A DNA stretch of 64,000 nucleotides from a virus. The notes under the pieces were generated by a model that did no database searches, had not been told where the DNA came from, and worked only from the letters and a program-made list of their open reading frames with translations. Each line of letters begins with the position of its first letter. Within the stretch, counting starts at the first letter, position 1. A program made the position numbers and the translations under genes. Location of the stretch: positions 1 through 64,000 of the IMG/VR virus record IMGVR_UViG_3300020109_000011; one strand, given 5' to 3'. This document shows, piece by piece, positions 26,507 to 35,818 of this stretch.

Positions 26507-26926
26507 TCAGCCCTCGTCGGCCTGGTTGGCCTCGTCCAGCTTGGCCATCGCGGCCTCGTCGTCCTCGTTGACCTCCTCGGCGGTGAACTCGTACTCCCCC
26601 GCCTCGCCGGTCAGACCGGCCACGAGCGCGTCGAACGACGCCTGCTCGGCGGCGGTCAGCTTGCCCTCGGCGACGGCCTTCTTCGCCTCCAGGTAGGCCT
26701 CGTAGTCGCGGTTCTCCGCGAGCTCCAGCGCCTTCTGCGCGCCGGAGGCCATCTTGCGGAGCTCGCCGACCACGGCCTTCAGCACGCGGACCTGCTTCTC
26801 CTGGGTCATGTTCGGCTTGCCGGAGACGGCCGCCGCGATGGCCAGCGCGGACTTCCGCAGCTTGTGCCGGTACGGGGTGAGGGTCTTCGGCTCGACCTTC
26901 GGCGTCTCGTTCGTGGGCTCGGTCAT
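26507..26926 (-). CDS. Helical hypothetical protein (inverted insert in the head operon)
   Basis: ATG 26926 overlapping the upstream stop; good codon bias. Confidence 0.75.
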   Translation of the reverse strand: MTEPTNETPKVEPKTLTPYRHKLRKSALAIAAAVSGKPNMTQEKQVRVLKAVVGELRKMASGAQKALELAENRDYEAYLEAKKAVAEGKLTAAEQASFDALVAGLTGEAGEYEFTAEEVNEDDEAAMAKLDEANQADEG

Positions 26927-27180
26927 CGGGCGGTCCTCTCGTCGGTGGTGCGGTCGCTGGTGGTCCCGGACTTCGGGGCGTAGTGCCCCGCCGCCCAGAC
27001 GGCGGTCCCCAGGATCAGGACCACGCCCGCGAGGGGCGAGGCCTGGGCGAGCAGGAAGACCGTGATCGCCCAGAGGACCCACTTCGTCCTCGGGCTCTCG
27101 TCCTGTGCGGGCTTCCGCTCCCGGGTGCTGGCCACGAAGACGGGGCCGACCTGGACGCCCACGGTGCTGTGCTCGCTCAT
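26923..27180 (-). CDS. Small membrane protein
   Basis: SD GGAGG; hydrophobic hairpin WVLWAITVFLL..VVLILGTAVW. Confidence 0.7.
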   Translation of the reverse strand: MSEHSTVGVQVGPVFVASTRERKPAQDESPRTKWVLWAITVFLLAQASPLAGVVLILGTAVWAAGHYAPKSGTTSDRTTDERTAR

Positions 27181-27219
27181 GCCGGTCCTCCCTCGGGGCT
27201 CTGCTTACCGTGCCTGCCA

Positions 27220-27248
27220 AGAATAGCAGGTCTCTCAACACTGTCAAC
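27220..27248 (-). promoter_or_regulatory. Promoter TTGACA-GTG-TTGAGA-N7-TATTCT
   Basis: Tandem core plus -10, member of the promoter family. Confidence 0.7.
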
Positions 27249-27380
27249 TAGATCTTGCGGCGTGCCCTCACCCGGACGAGTGCTGTACCGTCTGCCAACG
27301 AGAAACGACGGTCGGTGACCACTCCCGATGCGCTCGGACCCTCCGGTGATGTAGCTGACCCTCTACCGGAGGACCCTTTC

Positions 27381-29096
27381 ATGGACCCCCTCGCCGACTT
27401 CCAGGGCGACCTGGACCGTCTGGCCGATCTCAGCGACGACGAGCTCCGCGACCTGGAGACCCGTCTGGTGGACGCCTTCGACGCGGCCGACCAGGGCGGG
27501 GACGACACCGCCGCCGGTCAGCTGGCCGACGCGCTGGACACCGTCCGCAACGAGATCAGCCAGCGTTCCGAGGCGCCCCCGGCCGAGCCGGTGGCCGCGT
27601 CCGTCCAGGCCCCCGACGGCCCGACGGAGCCCACCGAGCTCCCCTCCCCGGAGAGCCCCAACGCGGGCTCCCCCGACGGTCCGGCTCCCGAGACGCCGGT
27701 CGCCACCCCGCCCGCCACCCCCGCCCCCAACACCGAGCAGGAGAGCACCCCCGTGACCGCTTCCGTCGAGGTCATCGAGCCGCAGGTCCCCGAGGGCCGC
27801 GCGCCCGTCGCCGTCAGCACGGGCTTCACCAACACCATCGTCGCGGGCGCGGGTGTCCCCAACATGGAGACCGGCCAGGTCTTCAGCGACCTGCGCGACG
27901 TGGCCCTGAAGATGGGCCGCAAGATCGAGCAGCTGGCCGGTCTCGGCGGCAACGGCGAGAAGGTGCTGGTCGCCTCCATCCGCAACGACATCCCGCAGGA
28001 CCGCTGGCTGTCCTTCGGCGACCCCATCGGCAACCGCGAGAAGATCGACGCGGCCATCAACCTGGACACCCTCCGGGCCAACGCCGAGCAGATGGGCATG
28101 ACGGCGGCCGGTGGCTGCTGCGCGCCGCTGGAGACCCGCTACGACCTGTTCGGCATCGGCGACACCGACCGGCCGGTCAAGGCCTCCCTCACCGGCTTCG
28201 GCGCCGACCGGGGCGGCATCCGCTTCTTCGAGGGCCCGACGCTGGACCAGGTGGCCGCCGCCACCGGCTTCTGGACCTGCGCCGACGACGCCGCCGTGGA
28301 CGCGGCCGACCCCGACACCTGGAAGGTCTGCGCCCGCGTGGACTGCCCGGACGAGGCCGAGGCGCTGGTCCAGGCCGTCACCTTCTGCCTCACCTTCGGC
28401 GTGATGCAGAGCCGGGTCTTCCCGGAGATGGTCACGGCCAACACGAACCTGGCGATGGTCTCCCAGGCCCGTCTGGCCGAGTCGGCCCTGCTGGCCCAGA
28501 TCAAGGCCCAGTCCAAGGCCGTCAACGGCGGCACGGTGATCGCGGGGCTCTCCTTCCTGCGCTCGCTCCTGGTCACGGTGGACCGCGCGGCGGCCTACTA
28601 CCGCGACCGGCACCGCCTGGCCCCGGAGACCCCGCTGCGGGCCCGGTTCCCCGTCTGGATGCTGTCGGCCATCGACGCCGACCTGGTCCTCCAGCCGCCG
28701 TCCACGGCGCAGATGGCCGACAACTTCGGCATGAGCCGTGACGAGGTGCTGTCCTTCTTCGCGGACCGCAACATCAACGTCACCTGGACCCTGGACACCC
28801 CGAACCCCGCCACGAACGGTGGCGGCCAGTACGGGGCGCTCGCGGCGGCCGGGACCATCCCGGACTTCCCGTCCACGATGGAGTGGTCGCTGTCCATCGA
28901 GGGCTCGTTCCTCTACCTGGACGGCGGCCAGCTGGACCTCGGCATCGTCCGGGACTCCACGCTGGTCCGGACCAACGACTACCAGACCTTCTCGGAGACC
29001 TTCGAGTCGGTCGCGCGCGTCGGCGGCGAGGCCCTGTGGGTCACCTCGCCGGTCCAGGTCACCGGCCGGTACGCCGGTCCGCTGGTCTACGCCTGA
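27381..29096 (+). CDS. Major capsid (hexamer) protein with N-terminal scaffold-like extension
   Basis: TAAGGCCAPLETRYDL, RGGIRF, KVCARVDCP, LDLGIVRDSTL..NDYQTFSETFE typical of cluster-B-like hexamer capsids; SD GGAGG. Confidence 0.9.
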   Translation: MDPLADFQGDLDRLADLSDDELRDLETRLVDAFDAADQGGDDTAAGQLADALDTVRNEISQRSEAPPAEPVAASVQAPDGPTEPTELPSPESPNAGSPDGPAPETPVATPPATPAPNTEQESTPVTASVEVIEPQVPEGRAPVAVSTGFTNTIVAGAGVPNMETGQVFSDLRDVALKMGRKIEQLAGLGGNGEKVLVASIRNDIPQDRWLSFGDPIGNREKIDAAINLDTLRANAEQMGMTAAGGCCAPLETRYDLFGIGDTDRPVKASLTGFGADRGGIRFFEGPTLDQVAAATGFWTCADDAAVDAADPDTWKVCARVDCPDEAEALVQAVTFCLTFGVMQSRVFPEMVTANTNLAMVSQARLAESALLAQIKAQSKAVNGGTVIAGLSFLRSLLVTVDRAAAYYRDRHRLAPETPLRARFPVWMLSAIDADLVLQPPSTAQMADNFGMSRDEVLSFFADRNINVTWTLDTPNPATNGGGQYGALAAAGTIPDFPSTMEWSLSIEGSFLYLDGGQLDLGIVRDSTLVRTNDYQTFSETFESVARVGGEALWVTSPVQVTGRYAGPLVYA

Positions 29097-29143
29097 TCCG
29101 CCTCTCTGACCGGAGTGGTTGACACAGAGAGGAGAGGATCAGC

Positions 29144-30304
29144 GTGACGAGTCCGAACTACGTCCAGGACAACGCCGCGTCGGTCCGGGGTCGCGCGCTG
29201 CGCGTGACGGCCCTGGCCGACGACGGTGCCCCGGCCGTGGGCACCGAGTGCGACGTGTACCTGACCGGCGGCTTCATCTCGTTCCAGTTCACCCCGGAGT
29301 ATTCGGACGGGGACGAGATCGAGGTCAAGAACGCGGCCGGTGAGACCTGCGTCTACTACAAGCTGCCCGACACCCTGAAGAACGTCGGTCTCCAGCTGTC
29401 CATCTGCGACCCGGACCCCGTCCTGACGCAGATGCTGGTGGGTGGCACGGTGCTCACGGCGGCCGGGAACTCGGCCTACGCCCCGGCGGGGACCGACCCG
29501 GCCAGCGCGGTCGCGGTCGGCTACGCCTCCGGGCTGGCCGGTCAGGCGGCCACGCCCAACGGCGTGGCGGTCGAGGTCTGGGCCGACGCCATCGTCAACT
29601 CGCGCTCGGCCAGCCGGGCGCCGTTCTGGCACTACCTGTTCCCGTCGGCCCAGTTCAAGCTGGACGGCGACCGGGTGATCGAGAACGGCAACCTGGCCAC
29701 GGCCTTCGCGGGCACGGGCGTCGGCAACGAGGCCTTCGGCACGGGTCCGAACATGGACCTGACCGGGGTCACCCCGACCCCGGCCGAGGGCATCTGGGAC
29801 TGGCACTTCCCCGAGCACACGCAGAGCCCGTTCCTGTACGCCAGGACGTTCTCGGCGCCCATCGGGCTGAAGGGTCAGTTCGACAACCTCGGCGTGCCCA
29901 TCGTGGCGATCATCGCGGGCGACCCCGCGACGTTCAACCCGGTGAACGCCACCCGCCCGGCCGACATCGATGAGCTCGCCGACCTCGGCGCGCTCGGCAA
30001 CGTCGGTGCCTGGCAGTCCGGGCAGTACGTCACCCTGCGAGACGGGACCCAGGCCTACTGGGACGGCGACAGCTGGGAGGTCGGGGCTGCCCCGGCACCG
30101 GTCATCACCGCCACCGGGGCCAACGCGGGCTCGCCGGGTGCCTACACCCCCTCGGGTGCCACGCCCCCGGCCAACCTCGCGGCGCTGGACAGCGTCACGG
30201 CGAACCCGACCACGGCCTGGACCGCTGGTCAGTACGTCGTGCTCGCCAACAGCACGCTGGCGCACTGGGACGGCACCGACTGGGTGGCGGGCGCCGCCAC
30301 CTGA
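29144..30304 (+). CDS. Major tail (tube) protein with C-terminal repeat extension
   Basis: LRVTAL..G, EYSDGDEIEVKNAAGETC, LSICDPDP; two AWxxGQYVxL..xWDG repeats. Confidence 0.85.
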   Translation: MTSPNYVQDNAASVRGRALRVTALADDGAPAVGTECDVYLTGGFISFQFTPEYSDGDEIEVKNAAGETCVYYKLPDTLKNVGLQLSICDPDPVLTQMLVGGTVLTAAGNSAYAPAGTDPASAVAVGYASGLAGQAATPNGVAVEVWADAIVNSRSASRAPFWHYLFPSAQFKLDGDRVIENGNLATAFAGTGVGNEAFGTGPNMDLTGVTPTPAEGIWDWHFPEHTQSPFLYARTFSAPIGLKGQFDNLGVPIVAIIAGDPATFNPVNATRPADIDELADLGALGNVGAWQSGQYVTLRDGTQAYWDGDSWEVGAAPAPVITATGANAGSPGAYTPSGATPPANLAALDSVTANPTTAWTAGQYVVLANSTLAHWDGTDWVAGAAT

Positions 30305-30355
30305 CCGCTCTGAGCGGTTGACACACCACGACGGCGGCGAGGACTGGAGGATCGG

Positions 30356-31063
30356 ATGCTCTGGGTGGACCCCACCGATCCCGAGGTCTTCGCCGCCGTC
30401 TCTGGTGTCGAGCTCGGCGAGGAGCCTGCGGACCCCGACCTCCAGCTGGAGGTCAACCGGGCCGTGGCCATCGCCAGCGAGCTCCTGACACTGGCCACCG
30501 GCCAGCTGATCCACCCCGCCGGGACCCGCACCGAGGAGTTCATCGGCCGGGGGACCAAGCGCTTCGCGCCCGTCTTCGGGCCCGTCATCGAGGTCGTGAG
30601 CCTGGTCCGTGTCGCGGCGGACGACACCGAGCGGCCCATGACTCACCGCCTGGTGGGCAACACCGTCTACCTGACCGGCGCGGCCGGAGGAGACACCGGC
30701 AGCGTGCCGCTGTGGCGGACCAACTGGGCGCCCAGCGGGAGCACCCAGGTGCACCGGCTGACCTACCGCTACGCCAGCACGCTCACCGCGACCGCGCGCG
30801 CGATGGCGCTGCACTACGCAGCCCAGTTCTTCGCCTGGCTGACCGGCGCCGACGACTGCGAGCTCCCCGACAACGTCACGAGCATCGACCGTGAGGGCCT
30901 GGGGATCCAGCTGGCCACCCCGCAGGACTTCCTGGACCGGGGCCGCACCGGCATCGCCAAGATCGACACCTGGCTGGCCCAGGTCAACGCCAAGCGCGCG
31001 CTGCGCCCGTCGGCCGTCTACACGCCCGACAGCCCGCCCGGGGTGGCGGTGAGGCGCCAGTGA
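30356..31063 (+). CDS. Head-to-tail adaptor
   Basis: CELPDNVTSIDREGL..GRTGIAKIDTWL..N..VYTPD motif; synteny. Confidence 0.75.
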   Translation: MLWVDPTDPEVFAAVSGVELGEEPADPDLQLEVNRAVAIASELLTLATGQLIHPAGTRTEEFIGRGTKRFAPVFGPVIEVVSLVRVAADDTERPMTHRLVGNTVYLTGAAGGDTGSVPLWRTNWAPSGSTQVHRLTYRYASTLTATARAMALHYAAQFFAWLTGADDCELPDNVTSIDREGLGIQLATPQDFLDRGRTGIAKIDTWLAQVNAKRALRPSAVYTPDSPPGVAVRRQ

Positions 31064-31632
31064 GCGGCCCCATCTCCTACGCCCGCATGGACCCCTACTA
31101 CGAGGCCCTGGCGGCCGAGCAGCAGGCCCAGGAGAACGAGGCGACCGGCACCAGCCAGAGCACTGGGGCGCCCGAGACGCTGGACGCGATGGGTCACGCG
31201 CTGCTGGAGATCGTGGAGCAGGCGGCCGTCGCGCGCGGTGTGCAGCTGCCCGCCCGCCGCGTGGTCTACCCGGCGCCGATCCCGGCCGACTGCGAGCAGG
31301 TCGCGGTCCTGTTCACCGAGTGGTCCCCGACCCCCGGGCAGGACGGTCCGACCATCTGCCAGCCCTGGCGCTGGATCGCGCCGTTCTCCGTGGCCATCAC
31401 CCGGTGCACCCCGGCCGCGCCGAAGATGAACAAGCCCCTGAGCTCGGTCACGGTCGAGGCGATGATGGCCGCCGCCAAGCTGGCCAGCGACGACGCCGAG
31501 GTCTTCCTGGAGGCCATGACCCGGCTGTCCGAGGTCGGCTCGGACGTGTCCATCGTGACCAACGCGCCCCAGGGCGGGATGCAGACGGTGGAGTGGAACG
31601 TGCCGCTGATCAGCGGCGGGAGCTTCCTCTGA
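31060..31632 (+). CDS. Tail terminator/completion-like protein
   Basis: DCEQVAV, ITRCTP, PQGG motifs; synteny. Confidence 0.6.
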   Translation: MSGPISYARMDPYYEALAAEQQAQENEATGTSQSTGAPETLDAMGHALLEIVEQAAVARGVQLPARRVVYPAPIPADCEQVAVLFTEWSPTPGQDGPTICQPWRWIAPFSVAITRCTPAAPKMNKPLSSVTVEAMMAAAKLASDDAEVFLEAMTRLSEVGSDVSIVTNAPQGGMQTVEWNVPLISGGSFL

Positions 31633-32048
31633 TGGCCGTGGACGTGGTGGTCGAGATCGATGAGGCCGCCCTGGCCAAGTTCCAGGGGTGGGAGGGTCCG
31701 GTCGGCAAGTCGGTCGAGCGGCTGGCCAAGGAGACGGTCTTCCGGCAGAAGGCCCTCCAGAAGAAGAAGTCCGGCGCGATGACCCTGGGCACCCACTACA
31801 TCAAGCGGACCTGGAAGCGGAACATCGGCTTCGACGCGGGCTCGGACGTGCCCTACGCGGCGGCCAACGACCAGGGCGCGAAGCCCCACAAGATCAAGGC
31901 GAAGAACGCCCCCGCGCTGGTCTTCTTCTGGCCCAAGGTCGGCCGCGTCGTGGCCTTCAAGTCGGTCAACCACCCCGGCAACAAGCCCTACAACTGGGCC
32001 ATGCGGGGGCTGGAGCGCGCGCTCCGGATGTGGGAGCGGGGCGGTTGA
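31632..32048 (+). CDS. Neck/tail-completion protein (HK97 gp10-like)
   Basis: YAAANDQGAKPHKI..ALVFFW..KSVNHPG. Confidence 0.7.
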   Translation: MAVDVVVEIDEAALAKFQGWEGPVGKSVERLAKETVFRQKALQKKKSGAMTLGTHYIKRTWKRNIGFDAGSDVPYAAANDQGAKPHKIKAKNAPALVFFWPKVGRVVAFKSVNHPGNKPYNWAMRGLERALRMWERGG

Positions 32049-32099
32049 CACACTGAGCTCGTCCGCACGACCAGCACCACGCGATGAGATGGAGATGAG

Positions 32100-32573
32100 A
32101 TGCCCCGCAAGAGCTTCCGGGTGGCCATCGCGGCCGAGCCGATCAGCTTCGACCTCCAGGGTGCCCTGAGCACCCAGAACTTCCACTGCCGGGACCGGAT
32201 GTCGGCCGGGACCCTGATGAAGTTCGCCGAGACCTTCGCCAACCTGGAGGACGGGGACGAGAACCCCTCCTCGGCCAAGCAGGGCGCCGCCGCCATCCCG
32301 GCGCTGCGGGACTTCTTCAACTCGGCCCTGATGCCCGAGGGCAGGCCCCGCTTCTGGGCCATGATCAACTCCGACGACGAGGGCATCCCGATGGACACCC
32401 TCGTGGAGATCGCGGGCTGGCTCGCGGAGGTGTACGCCGGGGACCGCCCTACTGGGCCGACCTCGTCCGGTACGTCGGGGGCGACATCCACTGGCGACGC
32501 TTCTCTGGGTTCGCAGGAGCAGCCGGACACGCAGACGTACTCGCGGCCGGAGCTGACTTCGTCTTCGACCTGA
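32100..32573 (+). CDS. Tail assembly chaperone (gpG-like)
   Basis: Upstream of the tape measure; WLAEVYAGDRPT then Ser/Thr-rich tail. Confidence 0.8.
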   Translation: MPRKSFRVAIAAEPISFDLQGALSTQNFHCRDRMSAGTLMKFAETFANLEDGDENPSSAKQGAAAIPALRDFFNSALMPEGRPRFWAMINSDDEGIPMDTLVEIAGWLAEVYAGDRPTGPTSSGTSGATSTGDASLGSQEQPDTQTYSRPELTSSST

Positions 32574-32731
32574 TCGAGCACTGGATGGAGGAGCGCGCCA
32601 TCGAGGAGAAGGCCATCGGGGAGGCCCGGGACCGGGTCCGCTCCCAGCTGCACCGGGCCGAGAAGGTCCACCAGCAGCTGCACAGCGACGAGGACATCAG
32701 CGACATCCCGCCCCACATGCTCGGCAGGTAA
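32447..32731 (+). CDS. Frameshifted tail-chaperone extension (gpT-like, -1 frame)
   Basis: Open -1 frame PYWADLVRY...HMLGR with good codon bias and no early start codon. Confidence 0.6.
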   Translation, partial: PYWADLVRYVGGDIHWRRFSGFAGAAGHADVLAAGADFVFDLIEHWMEERAIEEKAIGEARDRVRSQLHRAEKVHQQLHSDEDISDIPPHMLGR

Positions 32732-32803
32732 CCGCAGGTCAGGGCCGGTTGACACGGACCGCCCGGACAGGAATGGACGTTCAGGAGAGGAGGCAAGTCG
32801 CCG

Positions 32804-35800
32804 ATGGCCATCGTGGGCACTGCGTTCGTCCGGCTGCGGGTCATCGGCGACAAGCTGAAGAACGACATCTCCCAGGCGACCAAGGACGCCATCCAGGACG
32901 CCTCGCCCGACCTCAACGAGGCCGGGCGGGACGCCGGGCGTGATGTCGGCGATGGGATGGGCGATGGTGTCGAGGAGAGCACCGACCGCGACATGCCCCG
33001 CCGGGGCCAGCGCATCGCCCAGCGGATCAGCGAGGCGATGGCCAAGGCGCTGGCCCCGCTCATCCGGACCAAGGTGGGCGGGGCCTTCGCCCGGGGCTTC
33101 GACCGGATCAGCGACAGCCTGGGCGACCTCGGCAGCCGGGTCTCACCGGTCTTCGAGGGCTTCGGTGACCGGTGGGCCAAGGCCAGCGCGTTCAAGTTCA
33201 AGGGGATCTTCGGGAAGCTGCTGTCCAGCGCCGTAGGCCTGGCCGTGCTCGCGCTCCCGTCCATCCTGTCCTTCATCGGCGTGGCCATCGGCTCGGTCGT
33301 GGCCACGTCGATCACGGCCATCGCAGCGCTGGGCCCGGCCTTCGCCGGGGCCGGGATCGCGGGCGTCGCCGCCTTCTCGGCCGTGATGATCTCCACCAAG
33401 CTGCTGGGCCTGGCCATGAAGTACCCGTCAGACCAACTGACGGACTTCCAGGAGCGCGCGGAACGCTTCCGGGGCACCATCGCCCGGCCGATCCAGGCGG
33501 GGCTGCTGTCGGGCCTCAACGCGGCCATGCGCATCGCCCAGCCCGTGGTGAACGCCCTCCAGCCGCAGCTGACCCGGCTGGGCATGGCGGCCGGGGACGT
33601 GGCCATCGGCTTCGCCGACGCCATGCGTCAGGGCGCCAACATGGAGCGCCTGGGCCGGATCCTGGACACGAACAACCAGTTCATCACCGACGCAGGCGGT
33701 GGCATCAGCAAGCTGGGCCAGGCCTTCGTCATCGTGCTGGACGCCCTGCGGCCGATCACCACCGAGATCGGGCAGATGATCGGCCAGCTGGGGGACTTCG
33801 CCCTGCGCTCGGCCGAGGCCGGGTCGGCCAGCGGCGGGTTGGCAGCCGGGGTCGAGCGCTACTGGCGGGCCTTCACCTACTTCGTCGGCATCCTGGTGGA
33901 CTACGCCAAGGGCATCGGCAACATCTTCAGCGCGGCCAGCCAGGCCAGCGGCGGGATGCTCCAGAACCTCCAGGCCAACGCGGACGCCTTCAACCGCTGG
34001 ACCGGGGACCCGGCCAACCAGGAGCGGATGGTCGGCTTCTTCGAGCGGATGCGCACCGCCGCAGGTCAGGTCTTCGACCTGCTCCAGCGCATCGGCGGGG
34101 CCTCCATCCGGGGCCTGGAGGGCACGAACATCGAGCGCTTCACGGGCGCCATCGAGGGCCTGATTGCGATGGGCGCGCCCATCGCCACGATGTTCTCGCA
34201 GATCAAGGAGGCGGCCGGGCCGTCCCTCCAGAACGCGCTCAACAACTTCACCACGATGATGGTCCACCTGGCCGAGTCCGGCGTGCTCACCGTCGTGGCC
34301 GACGCCCTGAGCATGGTCTTCGAGGCCATCTCGATGCTGCTGGCCATCCCGGGCATCGGTCAGCTGCTGGCGCTGGCCGCCGGGGCGCTGGCCATCTTCA
34401 AGGCCCTGAGCCTGCTGTGGACCCTGCTCGGGCCCGTCGTGCGGATCCTGATCCTGCTGGTGCAGGTCGTCGGTGGCGCGCTGGTCGCGGCCTTCGGCTG
34501 GATCCCGGTGATTATCGGCCTGGTCGTCGCGGCGCTGATCTGGTTCTTCACCCAGACCGAGATCGGCCGACAGATCATCGAGGCGGTCTGGAACGCCATC
34601 GTGGCGGCCTTCAACTGGGCCAAGGACGCGATCATGACCGCGCTGGAGGCGGTCTGGGGCTTCCTCCAGGAGACCTGGGACGTGATCTCCACGGTGGCGC
34701 AGGCCATCTGGGGGGTCGTGTCAACCGTCTTCGGCGCGATCCGGGACTTCTTCGTCACGGTCTTCACGGCCATCTGGAACGTGGTCTCGACCTACTTCAA
34801 CATCGTCTGGACCGTCGTCAGCACGGTGATGAACGCGATCTGGACCGTGATCAGCACGATCCTGAACGTGATCTGGGTGATCTACCGGACGATCATCATG
34901 ACCATCGTCGCCTTCGTGGTGGCCTACTTCCAGCTGATGTGGGGCGTGATCTCCACGGTCATGCAGGCCATCTGGCTGGTCATCAGCACCATCTGGGAGG
35001 CCATCTGGGGCTTCCTGGAGCCGATCATCTCGGCCATCTGGGAGTTCATCGTCGGGGCCTGGGAGGCCATCTCCGGAGCCATCAGCACGGCGATGGAGTT
35101 CGTGTGGGGCGTCATCTCCGGGGTCTGGAACCGGATCTGGGGCTTCATCAGCGGGATCCTCGGAGCCATCGGCGGCTTCATCTCCAGCGTGTGGAGCAGC
35201 GTCGCGGACTCGGTCGGCGGCTTCGTCTCCCGGATCTGGGAGCGGGTGCGCGACGGCTTCAACACCGTGGTGGACTTCATCCGGGGCATCCCGGGCCGGG
35301 TGATCGGGCTGGCCGGGGACTTCCTGTCGGCCGGTGGCCGGATCATCTCCGGGCTCATGGACGGCATCGCCGAGGGGATCAACGCCGCCGGGGACTTCGC
35401 GCGGTCGGTGGTCAACCGCATCATCGACTTCCTGAACTCGGCCTTCATCGACGGTCTGAACGACCTACTGGAGTTCACCATCCCGGTGCCCGGCCTCCCG
35501 GACATCAACATCAACCCACCGGACATCCCACGCATCCCCCGCCTGGCCAAGGGCGGCACCATCTCCCCGACGACGGGCGGCACGCTGGCGCTCATCGCCG
35601 AGGCCGGGCGCTCCGAGCGTGTCGAGCCGCTGGACCCCCAGGGCCTGTCCCGGCGCGACCGCGCGATGATCGACCTGCTGGCGGGCAGCGCTGGCGCGGG
35701 TGCGAACGTGCAGGTCTACATCGGCACGCGCGAGCTCACCGAGCTCGTGGACTTCGTGGTCGAGGACCGCGAGGAGCGGCTGGCCGACCGCATCCTGACC

Positions 35801-35815
35801 GGGACGAAGGGGTAG
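32804..35815 (+). CDS. Tape measure protein
   Basis: 1003 aa; MAIVGTAFVRL start; 11-residue W/F repeats; IPRLAKGG..EAGRSERVEPL tail. Confidence 0.95.
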   Translation: MAIVGTAFVRLRVIGDKLKNDISQATKDAIQDASPDLNEAGRDAGRDVGDGMGDGVEESTDRDMPRRGQRIAQRISEAMAKALAPLIRTKVGGAFARGFDRISDSLGDLGSRVSPVFEGFGDRWAKASAFKFKGIFGKLLSSAVGLAVLALPSILSFIGVAIGSVVATSITAIAALGPAFAGAGIAGVAAFSAVMISTKLLGLAMKYPSDQLTDFQERAERFRGTIARPIQAGLLSGLNAAMRIAQPVVNALQPQLTRLGMAAGDVAIGFADAMRQGANMERLGRILDTNNQFITDAGGGISKLGQAFVIVLDALRPITTEIGQMIGQLGDFALRSAEAGSASGGLAAGVERYWRAFTYFVGILVDYAKGIGNIFSAASQASGGMLQNLQANADAFNRWTGDPANQERMVGFFERMRTAAGQVFDLLQRIGGASIRGLEGTNIERFTGAIEGLIAMGAPIATMFSQIKEAAGPSLQNALNNFTTMMVHLAESGVLTVVADALSMVFEAISMLLAIPGIGQLLALAAGALAIFKALSLLWTLLGPVVRILILLVQVVGGALVAAFGWIPVIIGLVVAALIWFFTQTEIGRQIIEAVWNAIVAAFNWAKDAIMTALEAVWGFLQETWDVISTVAQAIWGVVSTVFGAIRDFFVTVFTAIWNVVSTYFNIVWTVVSTVMNAIWTVISTILNVIWVIYRTIIMTIVAFVVAYFQLMWGVISTVMQAIWLVISTIWEAIWGFLEPIISAIWEFIVGAWEAISGAISTAMEFVWGVISGVWNRIWGFISGILGAIGGFISSVWSSVADSVGGFVSRIWERVRDGFNTVVDFIRGIPGRVIGLAGDFLSAGGRIISGLMDGIAEGINAAGDFARSVVNRIIDFLNSAFIDGLNDLLEFTIPVPGLPDININPPDIPRIPRLAKGGTISPTTGGTLALIAEAGRSERVEPLDPQGLSRRDRAMIDLLAGSAGAGANVQVYIGTRELTELVDFVVEDREERLADRILTGTKG

Positions 35816-35818
35816 CGC

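Noticed and set aside
34560-35290. 11-residue Trp/Phe repeats
   Set aside because: Standard tape-measure periodicity.
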